NCBI GenBank assembly: GCA_964535515.1
Contig: CAZHTA010000005.1
Location: 13 to 64,012, forward strand
DNA: 64,000 bases
Direction of reading: 5' to 3'
DNA from: an uncultured Gammaproteobacteria bacterium
GTDB taxonomy: Bacteria > Patescibacteriota > Patescibacteriia > Magasanikbacterales > GWA2-37-8
The notes beneath the pieces were generated by a model. That model made no database searches, was not told where the DNA came from, and saw only the letters and a program-made list of their open reading frames with translations. The translations under genes were made by a program, and so were the position numbers. How positions within the stretch are numbered: position 1 is the first letter of the stretch; each line of letters starts with the position of its first letter. Shown here piece by piece: positions 1-7,796 of this stretch.

Positions 1-25
1 ATTTTATCGTTGGCCGACTATTATT

Positions 26-328
26 TTGATGTTGCCTATAGAAGTTTTGTATAATTTGGGTTTGTTGGCGATAGCGCTAAAGAATGGTTGGGTTAGTGAA
101 TTATTTAAAGTTTATCATTATTGGTTGCAACCAAAAAATTGGCAAACGTGGAAAAATTTACGTAAGAAAAATCTAGAAGAGCGTTTGTTGTCTGATCGGA
201 CGCTCATCAGTTGGGCGGAGCGTACTGTTGAAATGACGGATGTGGTGGTGCCAATGCCAATTAAGTTGATAGCAGATGCGGTGTTTACAATTTACTATTA
301 TTTCCTTAAAATAGTAGTGTGGTGGTAA
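26..328 (+). CDS. hypothetical small protein (possibly partial; may start upstream of the window)
   Basis: ORF track 100 aa; hydrophobic C-terminus; no recognisable motif. Confidence 0.3.
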   Translation: MMLPIEVLYNLGLLAIALKNGWVSELFKVYHYWLQPKNWQTWKNLRKKNLEERLLSDRTLISWAERTVEMTDVVVPMPIKLIADAVFTIYYYFLKIVVWW

Positions 329-374
329 TGATACCTATGCAGTTTTGTGGTAGGTAGTTTAATTACAATATTCT

Positions 375-1463
375 ATGAAAATACTTGTTTGTGGTGGTGC
401 CGGTTTTATCGGTTCCAACTTTATCCACTATATCCTCGAAACCTTTTCCCACTATGAAGTGGTTAATTTTGATAAATTAACCTATGCGGGTAATTTGGAT
501 AATTTAAAAGATATCGAAGAGAATCTGGCGTATTCTTCTCGTTATACTTTTGTAAAAGGGGATATTTGTGATTATACACTTTTAGCAGAAGTGGTAGAAA
601 AGTATCAGATTGATCATATTATAAACTTCGCAGCTGAAACTCACGTAGATCGTTCAATCTTTGGCGATTGTTCGGAGTTTGTTATGACCAATACTTTTGG
701 TGTCTTGCAGCTTTTGAATATTTGCCGTCATTATAAGATTGAAAAATTTGTTAATGTTTCAACCGATGAGGTGTATGGTACTTTGGCACTAGACTCAACT
801 GACAGATTTACCGAGCAGACTCCAATTTGTCCGAATATGCCGTATGCGGCTGCTAAGGCGGGCGGAGACATGCTTTGTGGGTCATATTTTGTCACTCACA
901 AGGTGCCGGTAGTAGTAACTCATTGTTCTAATAACTACGGTGCATTTCAATATCCGGAAAAGTTGATTCCTTCCTCAGTGTTTCGTTTGTTAAAGAAAAA
1001 GCCAATTTTAATCCATGGCAATGGTCAGAATGTTCGTGATTGGATTCATGTCCGTGATCATTGTCGAGCATTGTATTTAATGTTAGAAAAAGGCGTTCCT
1101 GGTGAGATATATAACGTGGGAGTGGACAACGAACGTAATAACCTAGAAATTGCTAAGATGATTTTACGTTTAATGAATTTGCCTGAGTCAATGATCGAGT
1201 TTGTAGAAGATCGACCAGGCAATGACTTGCGTTATGCGATTGATTCTTCTAAAATACAGAAGATGGGTTGGCAGCCAATATATTCGCGTGAGCAGTTTGA
1301 GGTGGGTATGACAGAGACTATTAATTGGTATTTAACTCACAAAGAGTGGGTAGAGGATTTGTGGGGTAAAGCAGATGATGCCTACAAGATAAACCACGCG
1401 CCAACTGTTGTTAAAAAGCAGGAAGAGCACAAAAAAAAGATATTAGAAGAAGAAGCAATTTAA
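375..1463 (+). CDS. rfbB: dTDP-glucose 4,6-dehydratase (NAD-dependent epimerase/dehydratase family)
   Basis: N-terminal Rossmann GGAGFIGS motif, YxxxK-type SDR core, length 362 aa typical of RmlB. Confidence 0.85.
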   Translation: MKILVCGGAGFIGSNFIHYILETFSHYEVVNFDKLTYAGNLDNLKDIEENLAYSSRYTFVKGDICDYTLLAEVVEKYQIDHIINFAAETHVDRSIFGDCSEFVMTNTFGVLQLLNICRHYKIEKFVNVSTDEVYGTLALDSTDRFTEQTPICPNMPYAAAKAGGDMLCGSYFVTHKVPVVVTHCSNNYGAFQYPEKLIPSSVFRLLKKKPILIHGNGQNVRDWIHVRDHCRALYLMLEKGVPGEIYNVGVDNERNNLEIAKMILRLMNLPESMIEFVEDRPGNDLRYAIDSSKIQKMGWQPIYSREQFEVGMTETINWYLTHKEWVEDLWGKADDAYKINHAPTVVKKQEEHKKKILEEEAI

Positions 1464-1464
1464 T

Positions 1465-1866
1465 ATGCTAGATTTTAAACAGTTACAATTGAAAATTGTT
1501 AAAAATGAAAGAGCGACCTATTCATTCGCAGAATTAAAGGAATTTATCGATTGGGAAGTTAAACGGGTGTATTTTATTCAAGACTGCAAAGAGAATACTG
1601 GTCAACATTGTCACAAGATTGAAAAAGAAATGTTTGTGATGCAACGAGGAAGTTGTGTGGCGATAATCGATCGTGGTAATGGTAAGGAAGATATCCCGTT
1701 TAATGGGCCGGGTGACGCCATTTATGTTGGTAATTATGTCTGGCATGGTTTTAAGAATTTTTCTAGTGATGCGGTTTTACTGGCTTTGTCTTCTACTAAC
1801 TATAGTCCTGATCGTAGTGATTACATTGAAGACTATGAAGAATATTTAAAAGTTAGAAGTAATTAA
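1465..1866 (+). CDS. WxcM/FdtA-like cupin (putative dTDP-4-keto-6-deoxyhexose 3,4-ketoisomerase)
   Basis: 133 aa cupin-sized protein with HxH (GQHCHK) motif, immediately after rfbB with 1-nt spacing. Confidence 0.45.
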   Translation: MLDFKQLQLKIVKNERATYSFAELKEFIDWEVKRVYFIQDCKENTGQHCHKIEKEMFVMQRGSCVAIIDRGNGKEDIPFNGPGDAIYVGNYVWHGFKNFSSDAVLLALSSTNYSPDRSDYIEDYEEYLKVRSN

Positions 1867-1867
1867 T

Positions 1868-2806
1868 ATGGTGATTGATGGTGATCCAAAAAATATTCCA
1901 CCTGAAGTTGTTATGCCGGAGATTAGAAATATAACTATTGAGGGCATCTCTGACGAGGCTAAAACAACCAAGGAATGGTTATTTGCTAATTACCGATTAC
2001 AGGTAATTAGTGCTTTGGATAAGAGCAACTTAATTACCAATGAACGTTGTGATAGTGTAATTAATCGTTGTGAGGAAGTTTTAAATAAAACGATTGATAC
2101 TTTTGCACCACCTATTCAGGAAGAGGTTGTCAGCGCGTTGTTGGATATGATTCGTTTGCACGCTGGTCAAAAAACTCGTCTTAATGGAGAATTGGTAGTT
2201 GAACATTTATTAGAAGTGACAAGTTTGTTGTTTAATATAGTTAAAGATCCTAAACCAGAAGAAGTGGTAGTGGCACTTTTACACGATGCGATTGAAGATC
2301 GATCAAGAGAGATCGTGCGGGCTGCTGATTTTGGTAGCGACGTTCATGTTGCACGTTTTCGTACTGTCCAAGAACAAGCATTGGCAGAAGCACAAATGTC
2401 TTATGTCTATGGAGAAAAAATACAAGAAATGTTATTTAGCTTGACTAAGCCAGATTATAGGAAGGAAGCGATGCGTTTATCTGGTCGTTCGGAATTGGAA
2501 GAAGGGGAATTTGATTTAATGAAGAATAATATATATGTTGATTATTTAAAAAAAGCTTTGGATAATCCCGATGTGGCATTGATTAAGTTGGTTGATTTCA
2601 TTTCTAATGCAATTGATGTTAATGAGATACCGGACAGTGAAAAAGAACGAAGAGAGAAGATAAAAAATAAATATAGCGGTGGTTTTCCGATAGTAATAGA
2701 AAAAATACAAGACCCAGTTTTTTCTGCTCGTTTGAAAGATCCAGAAAAATTAGCTCATCAAGTAGCTACTGTTTTTGAAAGGTCTTATCATCAAGGATTA
2801 CTTTAA
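1868..2806 (+). CDS. HD-domain protein (RelA/SpoT-like metal-dependent phosphohydrolase fold)
   Basis: LLHDAIED motif resembling HD domain; 312 aa; in operon with rfb genes. Confidence 0.4.
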   Translation: MVIDGDPKNIPPEVVMPEIRNITIEGISDEAKTTKEWLFANYRLQVISALDKSNLITNERCDSVINRCEEVLNKTIDTFAPPIQEEVVSALLDMIRLHAGQKTRLNGELVVEHLLEVTSLLFNIVKDPKPEEVVVALLHDAIEDRSREIVRAADFGSDVHVARFRTVQEQALAEAQMSYVYGEKIQEMLFSLTKPDYRKEAMRLSGRSELEEGEFDLMKNNIYVDYLKKALDNPDVALIKLVDFISNAIDVNEIPDSEKERREKIKNKYSGGFPIVIEKIQDPVFSARLKDPEKLAHQVATVFERSYHQGLL

Positions 2807-2823
2807 TTTGTTTTAATTATTCT

Positions 2824-2849
2824 CCGGCCTTAAATAGGCCGGTTTTTTT
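2824..2849 (+). terminator. Rho-independent terminator after HD-domain gene
   Basis: ccggccttaaataggccgg hairpin followed by T7 run. Confidence 0.7.
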
Positions 2850-2859
2850 ATATCAAATA

Positions 2860-2888
2860 TTGACAGAAGTGAGTTTTTTTAGTATAGT
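2860..2888 (+). promoter_or_regulatory. sigma70-like promoter TTGACA-17-TATAGT driving GC-rich ORF
   Basis: ttgaca(2860-2865) 17-nt spacer tatagt(2883-2888); AAGGAGG RBS at 2950-2956 before ATG 2961. Confidence 0.55.
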
Positions 2889-2960
2889 GAGCTGTTCTAC
2901 CCGTGGGGATGGGTGGACATCACGCGACTGGAGTATATCCAGCGCTAGCAAGGAGGAGGC

Positions 2961-3896
2961 ATGAAACTCAGAGAGATTCTGGTGGTCGAAGGGCTTACCA
3001 GGAACATGGGCGAACTTCTCTCGTCGGTGGTCGAGGCCGTGTCGGCTATCGGCTACCTCGAGGGCATGCGGCTGGTCATCGAAGAGTACAAGCCGGCTGC
3101 TGCCAAGCGCCAGCCGCTGGATGGCGTAAACGTGTCGGAAGAGTCGGTCAGGGCCTTTCGCGCCTTTTCGGGTGCTATGACCGCGCTTGCCGAGGGATGC
3201 CACATTCCCGTGGTGCAGGCCCTGTACCTGCACGATGCGGCGAGTGGACTCAGCCGGGGCAACGGCAACCTGCCCGACCAGCAGGTTGAGCTGAATCGGC
3301 ACGCTCTGCTCGTTCTCGGTGGTGTCTCTAGCGTTCTGCGTGGGGACGACTGGTGGTGCGTCTACGAGAAAGTGATGGTCGGCCTCATGGAGGCCGGGCA
3401 CGTCGCTTTCAATGAAGACGTCTTCCGGTCGATCATCGAGTCCATGAAGAAGAACCACGCCAAGGATGCGGCTGGTCGCCAGGCTCATCTGGCCGAGCGG
3501 CTCGCCGAGCAGGATCGCCTAGACGAGGCGATCGAAGTGCTCGCGTCGGTGGAGGGCGACACGTACTCCGCTCCGAACCAGCGTGGGTATGCGCTCGGGC
3601 TCCTGGAGAGGTACAGAGCCGTCGCCGTTACTCGGCGTGGTACGGGCACCTCGCGTGAGCGTCGCGCTCCGTCTCGTCGCAAGAAGGGCAGCGGTGCGAC
3701 CAAGGAAGGCGATCCCGAGCCACCACCAATAATCCGTCATCGCGCTTGGTACGGCACGATTGGCGGTACGTTCATTAGTACTAGGAGGGATAACGTCGTG
3801 GTCCCCACCCACGACTTACTCCAAAAGAGCATCAAATTATTGGTGCTTTTTTGTTTGTTTTTTTTATTTAAAAATGGTATATTATTCCTACTATGA
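2961..3896 (+). CDS. hypothetical protein encoded in GC-rich foreign-like cassette; 3' end appears truncated and reads through into AT-rich backbone/terminator
   Basis: High GC3 codon bias in this frame, canonical SD+ATG; C-terminal 25 aa (LLQKSIKLLVLFCLFFLFKNGILFLL) are translated from AT-rich terminator/promoter sequence. Confidence 0.5.
   Translation: MKLREILVVEGLTRNMGELLSSVVEAVSAIGYLEGMRLVIEEYKPAAAKRQPLDGVNVSEESVRAFRAFSGAMTALAEGCHIPVVQALYLHDAASGLSRGNGNLPDQQVELNRHALLVLGGVSSVLRGDDWWCVYEKVMVGLMEAGHVAFNEDVFRSIIESMKKNHAKDAAGRQAHLAERLAEQDRLDEAIEVLASVEGDTYSAPNQRGYALGLLERYRAVAVTRRGTGTSRERRAPSRRKKGSGATKEGDPEPPPIIRHRAWYGTIGGTFISTRRDNVVVPTHDLLQKSIKLLVLFCLFFLFKNGILFLL
3826..3852 (+). terminator. Rho-independent terminator downstream of GC-rich cassette
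   Basis: agagcatcaa-attat-tggtgct hairpin (one G-U) followed by T-run. Confidence 0.6.
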
Positions 3897-4747
3897 AAAA
3901 ACTTTTAATTTTAGGTTACAAAGGAACTCTTGGTCAGGCTTTGGTGGTGGAGTTTAATTTGCCAGATTACGAGGTAGTTGGGTGGGATCGAGAAGAGGCA
4001 GATATTACATCTTTAGATTTGGAAGATAAAATTGTGGCACTAGCACCGCAGGTGATTATTAATGCCACCGGTTACAATGCGTTAGATAAGGCAGAAAGTG
4101 ATGTTCAAGCCAAAGAAGTTTGTTTTGCAATTAATTCTGAAGCACCTAAGCGACTAGCAGAGATTGCTAAAAAGTTAGACGCGGTATTTGTTAATTATTC
4201 TTCAGACTATGTTTTTAGGGGTGATAAGGAAGAGGGGTATGCTGAAGATGATCTACCAAATCCGATCAATGTCTATGGCGAGTCAAAATATTTGGGAGAA
4301 AAGAATGTTCAATCGGTTGGTGGCAAGTTTTACATTATTCGACCTTCTCGCATTTTTGGTAAACCGGGTATTAGCGAGATGAGCAAGAGAAGTTTTGTTG
4401 ATATTATGGTAAGTAAGAAAAACGAAACCGAAGTAAGGGTGGTTAATGAGGAAAAGGGTAGTCCAACGTATGCTCCGGATTTAGCAAATTTTACTAGGGC
4501 GTTAATTGAAGAAGAAAAACCGTTTGGTATTTATCACGGGTCTAATAGTGGTGCCTGTACTTGGTATGAATGGGCAACAGAGATTTTTAAGATTATTGGT
4601 GCATCACCCAAATTAATACCGATTCCTAGTAGCGAATATCCTCGTCCTACCAAACTTCCACAATTTTCTGAGTTGTTAAATACTAAAATGTCTTTGCAAA
4701 GGCCGTGGCAGGAAGCTTTAAAAGAGTATTTAAAAAATTCCACTTAA
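3893..4747 (+). CDS. rfbD: dTDP-4-dehydrorhamnose reductase
   Basis: RmlD-like N-terminus MKKLLILGYKGTLGQAL, YSSDYVF motif, 284 aa. Confidence 0.75.
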   Translation: MKKLLILGYKGTLGQALVVEFNLPDYEVVGWDREEADITSLDLEDKIVALAPQVIINATGYNALDKAESDVQAKEVCFAINSEAPKRLAEIAKKLDAVFVNYSSDYVFRGDKEEGYAEDDLPNPINVYGESKYLGEKNVQSVGGKFYIIRPSRIFGKPGISEMSKRSFVDIMVSKKNETEVRVVNEEKGSPTYAPDLANFTRALIEEEKPFGIYHGSNSGACTWYEWATEIFKIIGASPKLIPIPSSEYPRPTKLPQFSELLNTKMSLQRPWQEALKEYLKNST

Positions 4748-4762
4748 AGTGGAATTTTTTAG

Positions 4763-4835
4763 TCGGGCTGAGAGGAATCGAACCTCCGGCCTCATCGTCC
4801 CGAACGATGCGCGCTACCAACTGCGCTACAGCCCG
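4763..4835 (-). tRNA. tRNA-Pro (anticodon CGG)
   Basis: Manual cloverleaf fold on minus strand: 7-bp acceptor CGGGCUG/CAGCCCG, D-arm GCGC-AGUUGGUA-GCGC, anticodon loop UUCGGGA, T-arm GGAGG-UUCGAUU-CCUCU. Confidence 0.8.
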
Positions 4836-4840
4836 AATTG

Positions 4841-4913
4841 TCAGGGTAACAAGACTTGAACTTGCGGCCTCATGCACCCCATGCATGCGCTCTACCAACT
4901 GAGCTATACCCTG
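4841..4913 (-). tRNA. tRNA-Pro (anticodon GGG)
   Basis: Manual fold on minus strand: acceptor CAGGGUA/UACCCUG, anticodon stem CAUGC/GCAUG loop AUGGGGU, T-loop UUCAAGU. Confidence 0.75.
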
Positions 4914-5003
4914 AGCATTGCTTGATTCTATCACGTCTTTTCTTGCTTTTCAAGTGGGTGATATTGTGTTAAAATATATCTGTTATTTGTTATATCTAAT
5001 TTT

Positions 5004-6035
5004 ATGAATTTAAAGTCATTTTTTAAAGAAGCGATCAAAAAAGAAGCGTCAGACTTACATTTGGTAGGCGAAGAATTACCAATGTTACGTATTGAAGGAG
5101 AATTGCAACCAATTGAAGAAAAACCTCTCAACAACAAGGAGCTGGAAACAGCTGTTTTTGAAGTGCTGAACAAAGATCAATTAGCACGTTACAAAGAGGA
5201 AATGGAGCTAGATTTTAGTTATGAACAAGAGGGCGTGCGTTTTCGTGTTAATCTTCATCAACAAGAAGAGAAGATTGGTTTGACTGCTCGTTTGATCCCA
5301 GCGGAAATTCCTACGCCAAAGGATTTAAATTTTGAGCCAGTATTATTAGAAGTGCCGAATTTTTTGGATGGATTAGTTTTAGTTACTGGTCCAACCGGCT
5401 GCGGTAAATCAACTACTATTGCGGCAATTATCGAAGAGATTAATAAAAATCGCAAAGCTCACATTGTTACGATTGAAGATCCGATCGAGTTTGTTTTTGA
5501 GGACAAGCAAAGTTTGATTGAACAACGTGAAGTAGGAACTGACACCAAATCTTTTGCTAATGCTCTAAAGCATGTGTTGCGTCAGGATCCGAATGTTATC
5601 TTAGTAGGTGAAATGCGCGACCCAGAGACCATTGCTACCGCATTAACTGCGGCGGAGACTGGTCACTTGGTATTATCAACCTTACATACTTCAAGTGCGG
5701 CCGAAGCGATTGAGCGTATCGTTGATGTCTTTGATGGTTCAAAACAAAAACAGGTTTTGATTCAGTTGGGTGCGGTATTGCGTATGGTGGTGGCACAACA
5801 GCTTTTGCCAGCGAAAGACGGTGGACGTGTGCCAGCACGTGAGATTTTAGTTAATACTCCAGCGGTCGCAAGTATGATTAAAGAAAACAGTATTAATCAG
5901 ATTAAATCAGCGATTCAAACGGGCGGTAAGGATGGTATGATAACAATGGAAAATTCAATTAAGCAACTTCTTAAAGAAGGTTGGGTTACCGAAGAAGTAG
6001 CAGAAAAACGCTCTAGTCGTGCTAAAAAAGTTTAA
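5004..6035 (+). CDS. pilT: type IV pilus retraction ATPase PilT (T2SS/T4P secretion ATPase family)
   Basis: Walker A GPTGCGKST, Asp box, His box, 343 aa, PilT-like N-terminus. Confidence 0.85.
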   Translation: MNLKSFFKEAIKKEASDLHLVGEELPMLRIEGELQPIEEKPLNNKELETAVFEVLNKDQLARYKEEMELDFSYEQEGVRFRVNLHQQEEKIGLTARLIPAEIPTPKDLNFEPVLLEVPNFLDGLVLVTGPTGCGKSTTIAAIIEEINKNRKAHIVTIEDPIEFVFEDKQSLIEQREVGTDTKSFANALKHVLRQDPNVILVGEMRDPETIATALTAAETGHLVLSTLHTSSAAEAIERIVDVFDGSKQKQVLIQLGAVLRMVVAQQLLPAKDGGRVPAREILVNTPAVASMIKENSINQIKSAIQTGGKDGMITMENSIKQLLKEGWVTEEVAEKRSSRAKKV

Positions 6036-7494
6036 AGTAATGTTAAAGAAATATTTTAAAATTATTGCTAAAGTAGCAAAACAAGAAAAAACACCGATAT
6101 ATTTGGTTGGTGGTTTTGTGCGTGATTTTTTAATGGGCAAGACAGAAAAGAAAGATGTGGATTTTGTTGTGGTAGGAAGCGGATTGGAGTTTGCTAAAAA
6201 GTTAGATGAGGCATTAAGCGAAGAAGGCAGTTTGGTAGAGTTTCCCGACTTTGATACCGCTCGCTATGTTATTGGTGAGGGTGAAGAACAGTTGGTGTTA
6301 GAATTTGCTGGTGCTCGATCAGAAAGCTATCGTAGCGAATCGCGTAAACCTCAAGTAGAAGCTTCGACATTAGAAGATGATCTTAAACGTCGCGATTTTA
6401 CAGTTAATGCCATGGCGGTGCCAGTGGAGGCATTCACTGGGCTTCGCAGTCCCACAAAAACAACGATCAAAAAACATTTAGTTGATCCATTTAATGGTCA
6501 GGACGATTTAAAAGAAAAAATATTACGGACACCAATGGATCCGGATATTACTTTTTCTGATGATCCGCTTCGAATGATGCGGGCAATTCGTTTTGCGGGA
6601 CAGTTGAATTTTGCTATCGATCCAAAGACTTTAGAGTCAATTTTTAATAACCGAGAACGGATTAAGATAATTTCGGCTGAGCGGGTGCAAGAGGAATTGG
6701 TTAAAATGATGAAAGTAGAAAAACCATCGATTTGTCTAACCCTTCTTTTCCAAACCCAGCTTTTAGACTTAATTTTACCAGAAGTCTCACGATTAGATGG
6801 GGTAGAGGAAATCTATGGTCATCAGCATAAAAACAATTTGATTCATACTTTTAAAGTGGTGGATAATATTGCAGAACGCACAGACAAGGTGTGGCTACGT
6901 TTGGCGGGATTGTTCCATGACATTGGTAAATCAGATACTAAGCAATTCGTGGAAGGCACAGGTTGGACTTTTTATGCCCATGAACATTTGGGTAGAAAAA
7001 TGACACATCAAATTTGTAAACGTTTGCGTTTTTCTAAAGAACAAACAGCTTACTTAACTAAGTTAGTTCGCTGGCATCAGCAGCCAATTAGTTTGATGGA
7101 TGATGGGATAACCGATTCGGCAGTGCGTCGTTTGATTGTTAATTTGGGAGAAGAATTAGAAGATCTTCTGGTTTTAGGTGTATCTGATATTACTACCGGT
7201 AATCCTTACAAACTTAAAAAGCGTCAGGAAAATTATCTACATCTTAAAAAGCGAATTGAAGAAGTAATGGAAAAAGACAAGCTTCGGGCTTTCCAGTCGC
7301 CTGTTAGAGGGGAAGAAATTATGCAATTGTGTGGTCTTAAACCAGGACCAACGATTGGTAAGATAAAAGAAGCGATTGAAGAAGCGATTCTAGAAGGGGA
7401 AATACCGAATGAATATGAACCCGCGCTAGAATATTTTAATAAAATAAAAGGAGAATATTTAGCTAAGACAGAAGAGTGGGAGCGGATAAAGTAG
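6019..7494 (+). CDS. cca: CCA-adding tRNA nucleotidyltransferase with HD domain
   Basis: PIYLVGGFVRDFLMG...DVDFVV polymerase-beta head motif, HD domain, 491 aa; start may be the downstream Met (overlaps pilT by 17 nt). Confidence 0.8.
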   Translation: MLKKFKVMLKKYFKIIAKVAKQEKTPIYLVGGFVRDFLMGKTEKKDVDFVVVGSGLEFAKKLDEALSEEGSLVEFPDFDTARYVIGEGEEQLVLEFAGARSESYRSESRKPQVEASTLEDDLKRRDFTVNAMAVPVEAFTGLRSPTKTTIKKHLVDPFNGQDDLKEKILRTPMDPDITFSDDPLRMMRAIRFAGQLNFAIDPKTLESIFNNRERIKIISAERVQEELVKMMKVEKPSICLTLLFQTQLLDLILPEVSRLDGVEEIYGHQHKNNLIHTFKVVDNIAERTDKVWLRLAGLFHDIGKSDTKQFVEGTGWTFYAHEHLGRKMTHQICKRLRFSKEQTAYLTKLVRWHQQPISLMDDGITDSAVRRLIVNLGEELEDLLVLGVSDITTGNPYKLKKRQENYLHLKKRIEEVMEKDKLRAFQSPVRGEEIMQLCGLKPGPTIGKIKEAIEEAILEGEIPNEYEPALEYFNKIKGEYLAKTEEWERIK

Positions 7495-7504
7495 TTATGG
7501 ATTG

Positions 7505-7533
7505 TGCCGAGGGTGATTTTGTGGTATGATAAA
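7505..7533 (+). promoter_or_regulatory. sigma70-like promoter TTGTGC-17-TATGAT
   Basis: ttgtgc cgagggtgattttgtgg tatgat upstream of AbrB-like gene. Confidence 0.5.
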
Positions 7534-7553
7534 TATGATTAATCATATTTATA
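7534..7553. promoter_or_regulatory. perfect 20-bp palindrome AAATATGATTAATCATATTT (candidate operator)
   Basis: 10+10 inverted repeat with no spacer located between -10 element and start codon of AbrB/MazE-like gene. Confidence 0.55.
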
Positions 7554-7559
7554 CGTATT

Positions 7560-7787
7560 ATGGCTAAAACAAAAGAAAAAAAGATAGATTGTGGCTTTGG
7601 AACAATCTGTGGAACAACTACCGTGGGTGAACGTGGACAGGTAGTTATTCCTAAGGAAGCGCGAGAAAGATTGAAATTTAAGACGGGGGATCGTTTTTTG
7701 GTTATTGAACATTATGGGAAGATTGTTTTAATACCAGAAAAGGAAATGCGTACTATGATTGAACAAATTACTAAACATTTAAAATGA
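7560..7787 (+). CDS. AbrB/MazE/SpoVT-type swapped-hairpin DNA-binding protein
   Basis: GQVVIPKEARERLKFKTGD matches AbrB-N/SpoVT domain consensus; 75 aa. Confidence 0.6.
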   Translation: MAKTKEKKIDCGFGTICGTTTVGERGQVVIPKEARERLKFKTGDRFLVIEHYGKIVLIPEKEMRTMIEQITKHLK

Positions 7788-7796
7788 TATTAATAT

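Noticed and set aside
2853-3812. ORFs 2853-3488(-), 2903-3289(+), 3053-3268(-), 3485-3703(-), 3519-3812(-) inside GC-rich cassette 1
   Set aside because: Arg/Ala/Pro-rich translations without RBS, typical of alternative frames in high-GC DNA. The 2961 frame has the GC3 bias and a canonical SD.
4683-4934. ORFs 4683-4934(-) and 4705-4902(+) overlapping the tRNA-Pro pair; ORF 9706-10011(+) and 9770-10066(-) over the tRNA-like region; ORF 28816-28998(-) over tRNA-Gly
   Set aside because: Overlap confidently folded tRNA/structured RNA sequence; no RBS.
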